Below, in pieces: positions 1 through 8,740 of a DNA stretch of 64,000 nt. Within the stretch, counting starts at the first letter, position 1, and each line of letters begins with the position of its first letter. Source of the stretch: a virus. Made by a program: the position numbers and the translations under genes. Below the pieces are notes generated by a model that was not told the DNA's origin, searched no databases, and saw only the letters and a list, made by a program, of their open reading frames with translations. Location of the stretch: IMG/VR virus record IMGVR_UViG_3300049914_000251, positions 32,001-96,000 of that record, one strand, 5' to 3'.

Positions 1-130
1 ACGGCAATATATTAAACCAATCCCCTACAAGCACATGCTGTCCTCTAATATCAAAAAACCTTTGCACATTAGGATAATCAGCCAGCCTGTCCGTAGGATC
101 GAAATGAGCATCTGAACCAGCTACTAACAT
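1..130 (-). CDS. calcineurin-like metallophosphoesterase (N-terminal part; runs off window)
   Basis: Manual translation MLVAGSDAHF...VLVGDWFNILP shows DxH and GDxxN motifs; GAAGG RBS upstream. Confidence 0.6.
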   Translation of the reverse strand, partial: MLVAGSDAHFDPTDRLADYPNVQRFFDIRGQHVLVGDWFNILP

Positions 131-143
131 CACGCCTTCCTTC

Positions 144-329
144 TTACATCGGTGGTATAAGCGGCCCTATTCTCCGAACTATTTTAGTCTTTTGCACCGG
201 ACAATACGTATCTGGAGATGGTTCAGGACCTCTTTCCGGTTCTGGATGCGGTGCCACTTTAGGCTTTGTTTTTTCTGGATCCTTAGTCTTTTCCGGACTC
301 TTCTCCGGACTCTTCGTTGGTTCCGCCAT
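144..329 (-). CDS. small Pro/Glu/Lys-rich disordered protein
   Basis: ORF with GGAGG RBS; SPEK/PEP repeats. Confidence 0.55.
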   Translation of the reverse strand: MAEPTKSPEKSPEKTKDPEKTKPKVAPHPEPERGPEPSPDTYCPVQKTKIVRRIGPLIPPM

Positions 330-678
330 TTTTCGCCTCCTCGACCTTCATACTTTTGTCCATATCTTGAAATATGCCATCAAGCATTGCCTGCTCTTCC
401 CTCGACCTGGGAGCAGACTTAGAACCGAACTCCTGCATCAAAATATCATAGGCTACGCGCGCCCTCAATTCCCGGTATATCTTAGCCATAGTCTGAGACT
501 CTAAGGGAATACGTCTTAACAACCCGCGCAGAAATTCAACGGAGAACTTCAAATCCTCAGCAGGAGCCTTCATATCGTTCATATAGAAAATAGACAGCAT
601 TTTAGCTTCATTCTCCAGCTTAACATCCTCTGGAAGAAAATAAAAAATTATTTCTGCGTCTACAGGATTTACTAACAT
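283..678 (-). CDS. hypothetical protein
   Basis: 131-aa ORF, GGGGA RBS, co-oriented with neighbours. Confidence 0.6.
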   Translation of the reverse strand: MLVNPVDAEIIFYFLPEDVKLENEAKMLSIFYMNDMKAPAEDLKFSVEFLRGLLRRIPLESQTMAKIYRELRARVAYDILMQEFGSKSAPRSREEQAMLDGIFQDMDKSMKVEEAKNGGTNEESGEESGKD

Positions 679-687
679 AGATTCCCC

Positions 688-1041
688 CTAAGCAATAACT
701 CCCTGCCCCTTGCATGTGCTACACTTTAAATAACCAGCTCCCTTGCACCGAGGACAGCTTCCTACTGCCACTACACTTCTTATTCCCTGTAATGCCTCTT
801 CCCGAGTACCGGCAAGCCAGCTTAAACTAGGAAATTCCGCGCATAAACCTACGTATTCCTTATCTTCATCGGACCAGGCAACCCCATAAGTATAGTGATC
901 ATCGGCCTCCTCCTGCCTAATAACATTATAATCGGCCCCAGTACCAGATATCAAAAATAACGAACTTCCCTTTCCTATAGGAGTGACCTGCTCTACCTCA
1001 CTTTCATTACCTGCCTGCAAAGCCAACACCGCCACATCCAC
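688..1041 (-). CDS. HicB-like antitoxin domain fused to DnaJ-type Zn finger
   Basis: HYTYGVAWSDEDKEYVGLCAEFPSLSWLAGTREEALQGIR is HicB-like; C-terminal CPRCKGAG...CSTCKGQG. Confidence 0.7.
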   Translation of the reverse strand: MDVAVLALQAGNESEVEQVTPIGKGSSLFLISGTGADYNVIRQEEADDHYTYGVAWSDEDKEYVGLCAEFPSLSWLAGTREEALQGIRSVVAVGSCPRCKGAGYLKCSTCKGQGVIA

Positions 1042-1097
1042 GTGTCCAGTACATTCTTTACTTTATTTAATATGCTCATCTTTATTGCCCTTCTACC

Positions 1098-2024
1098 TTA
1101 CCACATTGACAGTAAATATTCAATAGTTCCTGTCTCACTACCGCTGCGTATCAGCTTATCCACCTTATACAATACCACAAAACGCTTCAGAACTGTCTCC
1201 AACGTTACCACCTTAGCCTGGTCCAACCTCTGCCCTATTTGATATGGTGGTATCCCGGTCCTGTCCATCAACTCTCTAGCCGTTAACCTCTTACCTCTTA
1301 ACAGCACTATCAAAACTATCTGAATCAACCGATAAGTAACACCACCAATGAACTGCCTCAAATCTACGCTCTTGCTTACAGCCAACAGATCTCCGATTCT
1401 ACCATCCAGCAAAGCCTCCACAGCGTCGGACTCAGAATTTATCATCACTACAGATCTCACCAACGCCTCATCCAACTCAGGGAACATCTTCAGTTTATTA
1501 CATTCGTTCATCACCACGCTTGGAACTTCCCCGCATCGATTAAGAATCAGATGTGCCAACGACGTAGTAATCTTTGGAAACTCCCCCCTAATATAATCAA
1601 ATAAAGAGTCCTGAGATAGCTCAGTGCAATCTATGTAACATACTTCCGGATGCTTAGGAATCCAACGATCTTCTCCCCTCGCCGATCGCACCTTATCTGC
1701 AGTAGCCACTAATACCACAGACCGATCGCCCTTTTGTAAACCATCGAGCCATTCAGTAATAAACGATACGTCTTTTATCTTCTGCACATCCTCAAGCACC
1801 ACTACCCTAGAATATTGACTGTACTGCTTAAGAGCGGCATCCAATTCGCTTGCTTTAGAGTTACCGTGCAACCTTACAACTTCAGTAGTGCTATACCTCA
1901 CTACCCCGGACAAAACCTCAGCTACAACACGATTAGCTAATATAACATCCGAACCAGACACCATGAAACAACGCCTGGAACGAACTTCTTTGTCCTTGTG
2001 ATCAAGCCATTGTAAATAGTTCAT
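1098..2024 (-). CDS. holA: DNA polymerase III delta subunit-like clamp-loader protein
   Basis: Degenerate AAA+ (FMVSGSD, RVVVLEDV), NECNKL lid motif and C-terminal helical collar typical of HolA. Confidence 0.65.
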   Translation of the reverse strand: MNYLQWLDHKDKEVRSRRCFMVSGSDVILANRVVAEVLSGVVRYSTTEVVRLHGNSKASELDAALKQYSQYSRVVVLEDVQKIKDVSFITEWLDGLQKGDRSVVLVATADKVRSARGEDRWIPKHPEVCYIDCTELSQDSLFDYIRGEFPKITTSLAHLILNRCGEVPSVVMNECNKLKMFPELDEALVRSVVMINSESDAVEALLDGRIGDLLAVSKSVDLRQFIGGVTYRLIQIVLIVLLRGKRLTARELMDRTGIPPYQIGQRLDQAKVVTLETVLKRFVVLYKVDKLIRSGSETGTIEYLLSMW

Positions 2025-2032
2025 ACTTCACT

Positions 2033-2106
2033 TGGCAGGAGCTGAGAGATTCGAACTCCCGCCTCCACTTTTGGAGAGTGGCGTTCTACCCCTGAACTAA
2101 GCTCCT
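2033..2106 (-). tRNA. tRNA-Trp(CCA)
   Basis: Cloverleaf; anticodon loop CTCCAAA; TTCGAAT T-loop; encoded CCA. Confidence 0.93.
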
Positions 2107-2291
2107 GTCTCCGTTTCCATCGTTACCAATGTCTCGCTTCCTACCTGCTCCCTAGTAACTTTGATACGCCTACCTGTCAAATCCTGTACAAAGTCAACAT
2201 AAGCGTCGAACTCCTCATCAGTTAACCGCTTATTCGGCACCACAGGAGGTTCAACATCAGCTGGTACGAACACCTTCTTAATCCTAATCAT
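2097..2291 (-). CDS. hypothetical protein
   Basis: ORF coupled (ATGA) to upstream gene; stop lies inside tRNA-Trp. Confidence 0.55.
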   Translation of the reverse strand: MIRIKKVFVPADVEPPVVPNKRLTDEEFDAYVDFVQDLTGRRIKVTREQVGSETLVTMETETGA

Positions 2292-2554
2292 TTCAAGAAC
2301 CTCTGAATAAAGTCCCCCACCGAATCTTTAGCTATCCTCGTACCGTCATGAAAAGTATCCATATGCCGGAACAACTTATCCACAGGCGCAGCATCCACCA
2401 AAACCAAAGCTTCCTCTTTTACGGCCTCTAATACCCTATCTGAAAAATCTGATTTGGACTTAATTTCCCCTCTCTCCAGGTCACTCAAATAGTCCTGGAT
2501 TCTGATTCGTAAACTCGGCACTGACACCCCCAAAAAAAACAAATTCTTACTCAT
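2288..2554 (-). CDS. hypothetical protein
   Basis: 88-aa ORF in operon. Confidence 0.55.
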   Translation of the reverse strand: MSKNLFFLGVSVPSLRIRIQDYLSDLERGEIKSKSDFSDRVLEAVKEEALVLVDAAPVDKLFRHMDTFHDGTRIAKDSVGDFIQRFLK

Positions 2555-2633
2555 ACTCTAAGTCTTCACCGCACACCGGACAAACCTCTTCACCACCCTC
2601 CAATTTAGTTCCACAGTAAGGACACTCTTCCAT
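2547..2633 (-). CDS. 28-aa double CPxCG zinc-ribbon microprotein
   Basis: Manual translation MEECPYCGTKLEGGEEVCPVCGEDLEYE; fills the gap between two genes. Confidence 0.65.
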   Translation of the reverse strand: MEECPYCGTKLEGGEEVCPVCGEDLEYE

Positions 2634-2639
2634 ATTAAA

Positions 2640-2906
2640 TTATTCCTTTTTCCCGCTATCCTCTCCAAACGCCTTTAATATCTCATCCGGAATTGCTATG
2701 TGCTTACAGTAAGTGTCCCTGAAATTATCCATTATCTGCGTAAAGATGTTGAACGTGTCTAGATCTAGAAAATCTACTCCTACAGCATTCCTTTCTAACG
2801 ACATGCCAGGCGCTCTAGCTACACGCAGATGTATATGACCGTGCTCACACCGCCAGATTTTAAACTGGCTGGTTTGCATCATAGGACCTTCACCACACTC
2901 AGCCAT
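2640..2906 (-). CDS. hypothetical protein
   Basis: 88-aa ORF, GGAGG RBS, TAATG overlap. Confidence 0.6.
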   Translation of the reverse strand: MAECGEGPMMQTSQFKIWRCEHGHIHLRVARAPGMSLERNAVGVDFLDLDTFNIFTQIMDNFRDTYCKHIAIPDEILKAFGEDSGKKE

Positions 2907-3667
2907 TAAACCTCCTTACCGGATAACTTCTTATTTCTTGTCAGTGACTTTAACAAAACACAGCGTAATCTCCAGTTGGCATGATGTAATGTCTTAGCCG
3001 ACCCCACAAACCCGCCATCAAACCAAACCATATAGGATGAACCGTCAAACTCCACGCCTGTCTTGCCTTTATGAACTATTGCCCATTCCAGTATAGCCCT
3101 CTTCTCAGACAATTCACGTATCCAAAAAGATATTTTTCTCTTGGAAACTCCAAACTGATCTGCAAGTTCCGCCTTATCGATGTTATCTCTTATAGAAAGC
3201 TGCTTTGTAATAGCCATGAACAGCTCTGCCAACTTTCTATCACCAGCCGCCGAGGACAACTTATCATAAATATCCTTAACGTCCTGACTGCACTCCCAAG
3301 TCTCTACCTCATTGTTAGGATCCGGATAATCCAGCTCTACCTCACCATCTGCGGAATCGATAGTCATAGGCAGCTCTCGAAATGCTATCTTACGTCTCCT
3401 CTTTGTTATATTCCATAAACGAGTCCTTACAAAACGCCATACATATGTAGAAGGTGCTCCTTTTGCCGGATCATAGGCTTTCAAATAACCACCATCCACG
3501 TTAAGCAATCCGTCCCGGCCTTTTCCACTTATAAACTCAAGCATCATGTCCTGCACTATATCATCAACATCGCACTCTTTAAAACAGCCCGCTCCCCTGA
3601 CAGCCGTACGAAACTTAGGCGCCCACTCAGTATAAAAATCCTCATAATTAGATGGCATTTCCTTCAT
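2906..3667 (-). CDS. phage sigma70-family (ECF-like) sigma factor
   Basis: Region 2 DVDDIVQD...YDPAKGAPSTYVWRFVRTRL; region 4 HTH KAELADQFGVSKRKIS. Confidence 0.75.
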   Translation of the reverse strand: MKEMPSNYEDFYTEWAPKFRTAVRGAGCFKECDVDDIVQDMMLEFISGKGRDGLLNVDGGYLKAYDPAKGAPSTYVWRFVRTRLWNITKRRRKIAFRELPMTIDSADGEVELDYPDPNNEVETWECSQDVKDIYDKLSSAAGDRKLAELFMAITKQLSIRDNIDKAELADQFGVSKRKISFWIRELSEKRAILEWAIVHKGKTGVEFDGSSYMVWFDGGFVGSAKTLHHANWRLRCVLLKSLTRNKKLSGKEV

Positions 3668-3712
3668 TTACATTAACCTCACCAAAATCTTTTTCATCAT
3701 CCCCTAAATAAA

Positions 3713-3991
3713 TTAAACTCGTTCAAATACGTGAAATATCAAAGACCCGCCCATTAACATAACAGTTCCTATAAAGCGAGCGCCGTCTAAATCCCCATCC
3801 TCTATAGAATGGCCGGTCCCTTTGATTACGAATATGCGCTTCTCTGTGTTACAATGACTACCCGTATTAACCAATGCCCACATAAAAACAAACTCTCGCT
3901 GATTTCCTACCGATAAAACCTTAGCGCCAATAGGTAATTCTATGGTTTGCTCATCGGTAACTTCTAATTGATATTTAAAGATGCTTTCCAC
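3713..3991 (-). CDS. conserved phage protein (DUF7352-like)
   Basis: IFKYQL...LPIGAKVLSV...WALV...GTGH...FIGTV...FHVFE pattern. Confidence 0.6.
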   Translation of the reverse strand: MESIFKYQLEVTDEQTIELPIGAKVLSVGNQREFVFMWALVNTGSHCNTEKRIFVIKGTGHSIEDGDLDGARFIGTVMLMGGSLIFHVFERV

Positions 3992-4044
3992 TTGCTCTCC
4001 TTTCTATACTCCCCGCAGTGGCAAAGTAGATAATCCTGTCAAAC

Positions 4045-4317
4045 TCATTTCACGCTCCCACCCCAAGAACTGAGAAAATCCTGGCTATACTTTACTCTAC
4101 GTCCTTTAGGCCGCTTCGGAATAGTACCAGGAGGTAAATGTCTTAATGCACAGCGCTCCCCGAGAATGACCCGCTCTCCGGTAACAATATCCTCAAACAA
4201 CAAACCTTTCATACTTTCTCCACCACACAGGCAAGTAAAACTGCCTTTATAATTATCTATGTATTTCAATGTCCTGCCTTCGAGAGCCTTCTTGATATTT
4301 TCCGCCCGATGATTCAA
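4045..4317 (-). CDS. hypothetical Cys-containing protein
   Basis: CLCG...GERCA motif. Confidence 0.55.
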   Translation of the reverse strand: MNHRAENIKKALEGRTLKYIDNYKGSFTCLCGGESMKGLLFEDIVTGERVILGERCALRHLPPGTIPKRPKGRRVKYSQDFLSSWGGSVK

Positions 4318-4649
4318 CCTTCCTCCTCCGGCAAAGGCGTTCCTGTTAATTTCATCGCCTCGACAGTCGCTTCATTAGCTTCCAATACACAGATCAGCTT
4401 TTTATTCAGGTCATCTATGTCCGCCCTGATCTTAATAGACCTCTCTCTTATCATCCGGGATTCATTAATAAAACTCATTAACTGATTAAGATGCTCGGAA
4501 CTAATATCCTCAGGCGGAGTTTTTAAAAGAACCTCACCATATTTTATAACCCTGTCCAACTCCCTCACCGTTACGAACCACGCAGACGATAACAGCTCCA
4601 TCTTGCTTACCATTTCAGCTACTTGAGATTTATATTCCGGAAGTATCAT
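4314..4649 (-). CDS. hypothetical helical protein
   Basis: 111-aa ORF with RBS. Confidence 0.55.
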   Translation of the reverse strand: MILPEYKSQVAEMVSKMELLSSAWFVTVRELDRVIKYGEVLLKTPPEDISSEHLNQLMSFINESRMIRERSIKIRADIDDLNKKLICVLEANEATVEAMKLTGTPLPEEEG

Positions 4650-4657
4650 TCTCTTCC

Positions 4658-5008
4658 TTACAGCTCGACATTAAATAAACGTAACTGACCTTTATATGGA
4701 ATGGGCTTATCGTACAGCTTCGCATTAGCAAGCACGAAACCATACTTACCAAAGAACCACTTACTATCGGAGGAAGTGACACAATCCACTATGTCCACTT
4801 CGCCGATCAGATAGCCGTGAATGAAATTTCCCGGAGCCGGTACATCAATACCATGCTGAACTAGCCACCTGTAATGTTCGATATTGAAACCTTGGGACGC
4901 ATGGATGATAATTCTTCCCCTGAACTTCGCAGGCCAGTTCCTATTCTCTATATCCTTACCATTAAAGATCGCCCACGCCATCGGTTGAGTAAGACTAAGC
5001 GCCTTCAT
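4658..5008 (-). CDS. ASCH domain protein
   Basis: MKALSLTQPMAWAIFNGKDIENRNW...RGRIIIHAS...KGQLRLF. Confidence 0.9.
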   Translation of the reverse strand: MKALSLTQPMAWAIFNGKDIENRNWPAKFRGRIIIHASQGFNIEHYRWLVQHGIDVPAPGNFIHGYLIGEVDIVDCVTSSDSKWFFGKYGFVLANAKLYDKPIPYKGQLRLFNVEL

Positions 5009-5933
5009 GACCTGCCCTCTCTCTTAAATCCTGGGCCACCCTCTGTTTGACCAGATCAGCCGTCTTTGCCCCTACAAACTTCTGTACTTCCGGACTCCAT
5101 TCAAAACCCACGCCCTCTTTCTTCACATCATCGAACATACCGTTTATAATCTCCCGCATATTAACAAGATCGGCCTTCACGTTCAACTTATCCAGTACAT
5201 GTGTCAGCCTCATAGGAGAGACCCATTGCTCTGCAATAGCCTTAGCAGAAGCATACGCTTCCCTCTTTGCCGGATCTACACTAACCTCTTTATTAGTCTC
5301 CCGGAACTCAGCTCTCTTATGCTTAACAATAATCCGAGCACCATTATTCTTTCGCAGTTCGATCATTGGATGCAGCACCACGCCTTCACGCATCTTACAA
5401 GGGCCCATACCATTGCGCACAGCCTGAACCGAATCCAACAAACACTCTGTTTCGATTGCTTCTAACGTTGCCGGAATCTTTCTGTAATGAACGAACTCAA
5501 ATCCCATCTTCAAGGCCACAGCTTCAGCCGCGGGCACCGCGAGCCAACACTCTCCTACCTTGACCTCGAACACTATGAATCGAAGCTTCGACCCATAAGT
5601 ATTTCCCATCTTCTGACATTTACCTCCGTAAGCCTCACCATACAGCGTAACTTCGGTGTCGCCGAACTCTGCCATGAACTTGTCAAAAAGCTCTTCTTCA
5701 TTAAACAAAGCCAGAAAATCTTCACGACTAACACCGCCTTCAAAGAACTGTACGCCATGCATAGGCGGCAGCGTAACAAAACTCATAGTATTAGGCACCA
5801 TCGGAATCACAGGACGCACCTTCCACGATATATGGGCAGACGTACCATGTATCTTCTCGGTTGCCCAGACCTCTTTGAACAGGTCTATAATGGTAGTATC
5901 CTTATAAAGATTAACAATATCCATGTACGACAT
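4995..5933 (-). CDS. RNA ligase (Rnl2-like nucleotidyltransferase)
   Basis: Motif I TEKIHGT, III LYGEAYG, IIIa FIVFEV, IV REGVV, V IVKHKRAEFRE. Confidence 0.85.
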   Translation of the reverse strand: MSYMDIVNLYKDTTIIDLFKEVWATEKIHGTSAHISWKVRPVIPMVPNTMSFVTLPPMHGVQFFEGGVSREDFLALFNEEELFDKFMAEFGDTEVTLYGEAYGGKCQKMGNTYGSKLRFIVFEVKVGECWLAVPAAEAVALKMGFEFVHYRKIPATLEAIETECLLDSVQAVRNGMGPCKMREGVVLHPMIELRKNNGARIIVKHKRAEFRETNKEVSVDPAKREAYASAKAIAEQWVSPMRLTHVLDKLNVKADLVNMREIINGMFDDVKKEGVGFEWSPEVQKFVGAKTADLVKQRVAQDLRERAGHEGA

Positions 5934-5934
5934 T

Positions 5935-6150
5935 TTAATTATCCTTCTTGAAGACCTTAAAGAACGAAAGACTGTCCCTAAAATTGGGATCGAACAGGTA
6001 CTCGATGCTGTAACCGGGCCACATATACCACCCTGTTGACTTCAATACACCTATGACTTCATCACGATACCCCATCACCAACTGCAAACCGCCTGCTGGC
6101 ATCTCTTGTGTCCATTTGCGAAAAATAATCTTACCTGTTATCTCGATCAT
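5935..6150 (-). CDS. hypothetical protein
   Basis: 71-aa ORF with RBS. Confidence 0.55.
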   Translation of the reverse strand: MIEITGKIIFRKWTQEMPAGGLQLVMGYRDEVIGVLKSTGWYMWPGYSIEYLFDPNFRDSLSFFKVFKKDN

Positions 6151-6160
6151 GCCTTCCCCC

Positions 6161-6916
6161 TTACTTTTTCATTAACGTAGAAGCCACTACGATTGCCGTC
6201 AGCCTTTGATTTCCCCCGGTTGCAAGTATCTCCAACGCAGCTACAAGCTTACGATTATACCCGCCACCCACCAAAATTTGCTTCAACTCGGTCTCTAATA
6301 TCTCGTTATCGACGTCCTGCCACTTAGAAATCACCCTAAACACCAGCTCCCAGTCCCTGTCCTCTACAGCCTTAATAAATGATTGTACGGCTGCGTTAGA
6401 TTGCTCTTTTGCATACAACCTCAACGCTTCACCCGGAGAACCTACATGACAATACCTTTCAGCCACTGGCCTGGACATCCCCCGCAGCATCAGCACTTCG
6501 GTAACTTCTTCCTGTGACAATGACAAAAACCTTACCCGCTTACATCGAGATACTATTGTTTCGGGTAAGGCTACAGACGACACCAGGATAATAATCACGT
6601 TATTTGGCGGTTCCTCTAACAGCTTCAACATAGCGTTAGGTGCCTCTGGAGTATGCCTGTCCATGTCCACTATCAAAACCTTAGAACCGCTGCCAAACGG
6701 TCTTATACTTGCTACGTCTATCAGATGCCTCGCTGCCTCTACGCTTAATACGTCCTTGAACACAAAAACATCTACAGGATCCGCCACCATCAAAGCCGCT
6801 TTCTCAGCAGCCACAGACTTACCGACTCCTGCAGGCCCGTCTAATAAAATCACGCGAGCCGTAGAAACCATGTTGTCCAATGTCTCGCACGCTGAACAGT
6901 TACCTATAACTTTCAC
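6161..6916 (-). CDS. holB: DNA polymerase III delta-prime-like clamp-loader subunit
   Basis: GPAGVGKS Walker A; EAPNAMLKLLEEPP; LPETIVSRC (SRC motif). Confidence 0.85.
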   Translation of the reverse strand: MKVIGNCSACETLDNMVSTARVILLDGPAGVGKSVAAEKAALMVADPVDVFVFKDVLSVEAARHLIDVASIRPFGSGSKVLIVDMDRHTPEAPNAMLKLLEEPPNNVIIILVSSVALPETIVSRCKRVRFLSLSQEEVTEVLMLRGMSRPVAERYCHVGSPGEALRLYAKEQSNAAVQSFIKAVEDRDWELVFRVISKWQDVDNEILETELKQILVGGGYNRKLVAALEILATGGNQRLTAIVVASTLMKK

Positions 6917-6924
6917 TACCTATT

Positions 6925-6954
6925 ATCCTACCATACTTCCTTGTTTCTTGTCAA
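6925..6954 (-). promoter_or_regulatory. sigma70-type promoter
   Basis: TTGACA-N18-TAGGAT with TGn, directly upstream of holB-like gene. Confidence 0.6.
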
Positions 6955-6985
6955 GAATAGAAGTTTACGAAGACCTATACCAAAT

Positions 6986-7420
6986 TTATTTCGGTCCCTT
7001 GTCTATGATTAATATGCCGTCCAGGTGGTCAACTTCATGCTGCACTATCCGGGCTTCCAAACCCTCCAATGAATATTCCGCCGGACCTCCCGGATTTAAT
7101 ACCTTCACAATAACGCACCAGCTACGAACTACCTTAACCTTGACACCAGGCAAACTCTCACAACCTTCCTGAAATTCCACTATTATATCCGAACGATACG
7201 TGATCTCTGGATTGATCAATACCCTAAGAACATGATTCACAGGTACACAAATCACCCGGATATTGAACCCGAGCTGATTGGCTGCTAAACCGGCACATTT
7301 CTTATCCGCACACATATAATTCAGCAACGCCCTGGCTACCGGGTTCACATCAACTTCCGCCGTTACTGGCTTGCACGCCTTCCGAAGCTTGGCTATGTTC
7401 GTCACTACCTTGATTTGCAT
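6986..7420 (-). CDS. def: peptide deformylase
   Basis: GLAANQLG, EGCES, QHEVDHLDG motifs. Confidence 0.95.
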   Translation of the reverse strand: MQIKVVTNIAKLRKACKPVTAEVDVNPVARALLNYMCADKKCAGLAANQLGFNIRVICVPVNHVLRVLINPEITYRSDIIVEFQEGCESLPGVKVKVVRSWCVIVKVLNPGGPAEYSLEGLEARIVQHEVDHLDGILIIDKGPK

Positions 7421-7568
7421 CTAATACCTTCCTTTGTTCCTTGAACTCTGACTTAGACCTGCGCTTGGCATTCTTGACCCGTGTCCTGCGCATTACCTGA
7501 TTCTTCAACTTGCTGCCCGTTACTGCTCCCGGGCTGTTTTTCCTCTTCTTTTCTTCCTTCTCGGCCAT
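7350..7568 (-). CDS. small basic protein
   Basis: K/R-rich ORF with GGAG RBS; overlaps both neighbours. Confidence 0.45.
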   Translation of the reverse strand: MAEKEEKKRKNSPGAVTGSKLKNQVMRRTRVKNAKRRSKSEFKEQRKVLDANQGSDEHSQASEGVQASNGGS

Positions 7569-7743
7569 CAGCTTCTCCCCCCTTCACTAATTGCGGTATT
7601 GGAAACTTGGTCCCATCCAAAAAACAAACCCAGCATCCCTCACCACCAGAATAATATGTTTTGCTTTGATGACATTCAGGACATTCCAACGCCGGACCTA
7701 TGGTTTTAGCTTTCTTATCTATCAAACGCTCGACCTTCTCCAT
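7453..7743 (-). CDS. zinc-ribbon protein
   Basis: CPECH...CWVC; GGAG RBS. Confidence 0.5.
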   Translation of the reverse strand: MEKVERLIDKKAKTIGPALECPECHQSKTYYSGGEGCWVCFLDGTKFPIPQLVKGGEADGREGRKEEEKQPGSSNGQQVEESGNAQDTGQECQAQV

Positions 7744-7751
7744 TTTTCTCC

Positions 7752-7840
7752 TGGTGGGCAGGATAGGATTTGAACCTATTCAGGCCTTTCGACCGCCAGA
7801 TTTACAGTCTGGTGCGACTCCCCGTCTTCGCCGCCTACCC
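7752..7840 (-). tRNA. tRNA-Tyr(GTA)
   Basis: Anticodon loop CTGTAAA; long variable arm; encoded CCA. Confidence 0.93.
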
Positions 7841-7991
7841 ATAAATCAAATACTCCCAGCACTTCATTGGTCATATCATCAAGCTTAACAATTTTTCCAA
7901 TGTAAAGATTTGCCAGCTCTATCTCTTTATCGTTGTACGTTATTGACATACGATCTCTAATCCAGCCCCTTCCACCAGACCGTACCCCCAA
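7776..7991 (-). CDS. hypothetical protein (3' end runs into tRNA-Tyr)
   Basis: ORF track; start uncertain. Confidence 0.3.
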   Translation of the reverse strand: MGVRSGGRGWIRDRMSITYNDKEIELANLYIGKIVKLDDMTNEVLGVFDLWVGGEDGESHQTVNLAVERPE

Positions 7992-8026
7992 ACACCTTTT
8001 TGCATCTTATCCCTCTTCGACAGACT

Positions 8027-8236
8027 TTACTTTTCCAATTTTAGCCCCTCGCGCAAACCCATCAAAAATGTGCCCATTCCATATGTGAACAGCCACTCTC
8101 CGAACTCTTTACCGGCCTGTTCATACGTCTCCAAAGGAGACGACACTACGGCTTTGATGCTAACCCCTGACCCTTTCAAACCACGCTCAACCCATACGGG
8201 TATCACGAACTGCTTCTTCATTTTGCCTCCTAGCAC
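8027..8236 (-). CDS. hypothetical protein
   Basis: ORF in operon; GGAGG before internal ATG. Confidence 0.55.
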   Translation of the reverse strand: MLGGKMKKQFVIPVWVERGLKGSGVSIKAVVSSPLETYEQAGKEFGEWLFTYGMGTFLMGLREGLKLEK

Positions 8237-8493
8237 ACCCTAAAATCTTTATTAGGAATGAACCCGACCTCGATCAACCCCGCTGCTATATCAGCGATGT
8301 ACCGGTGCTCCACCACAACGCCATCTCCCTGCTTCTGATATGACTCATAATGAACACTCTCTTTTATCCAGACCTTAGCCCCATCACTGATTGGAGTCAA
8401 CACGAACACTGTCTGCAATCTTGCAGCTTTGAGAGCCATTCTCTGATGATTGCTACTCATTTCACCCTCCCGTATTGTAATTACTCCTGTCAT
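8230..8493 (-). CDS. hypothetical protein
   Basis: ORF with GGAGG RBS. Confidence 0.55.
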   Translation of the reverse strand: MTGVITIREGEMSSNHQRMALKAARLQTVFVLTPISDGAKVWIKESVHYESYQKQGDGVVVEHRYIADIAAGLIEVGFIPNKDFRVC

Positions 8494-8740
8494 TTCGTAT
8501 CCTCCCTAACAATTTCGCCAGAACCCCTCTTACTTTCTTAGCCTTGTCCCGCAGTTCCTGCAGCTGCGCTAACCCAGATTTACACCCCAAACTGTTTCCG
8601 GTTATCTGTTCAAACCGCACCAGAAGATTTAACCTTGCATCAAGCCAGCTCTGCTTATAAGCGGTGAACCCCAGACCGTCCTCTAGCTCCTGTACTGTAA
8701 TATTTCTCTTTTTGGCTGTGTTCTGGATCCAAATCCCCAA
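8462..8740 (-). CDS. hypothetical protein
   Basis: TTG start; may be a frameshifted continuation of 8683..9210. Confidence 0.45.
   Translation of the reverse strand: MGIWIQNTAKKRNITVQELEDGLGFTAYKQSWLDARLNLLVRFEQITGNSLGCKSGLAQLQELRDKAKKVRGVLAKLLGRIRNDRSNYNTGG

Noticed and set aside
4001-4043. TTGACA upstream of 3713..3991
   Set aside because: No -10 element at 16-18 bp spacing
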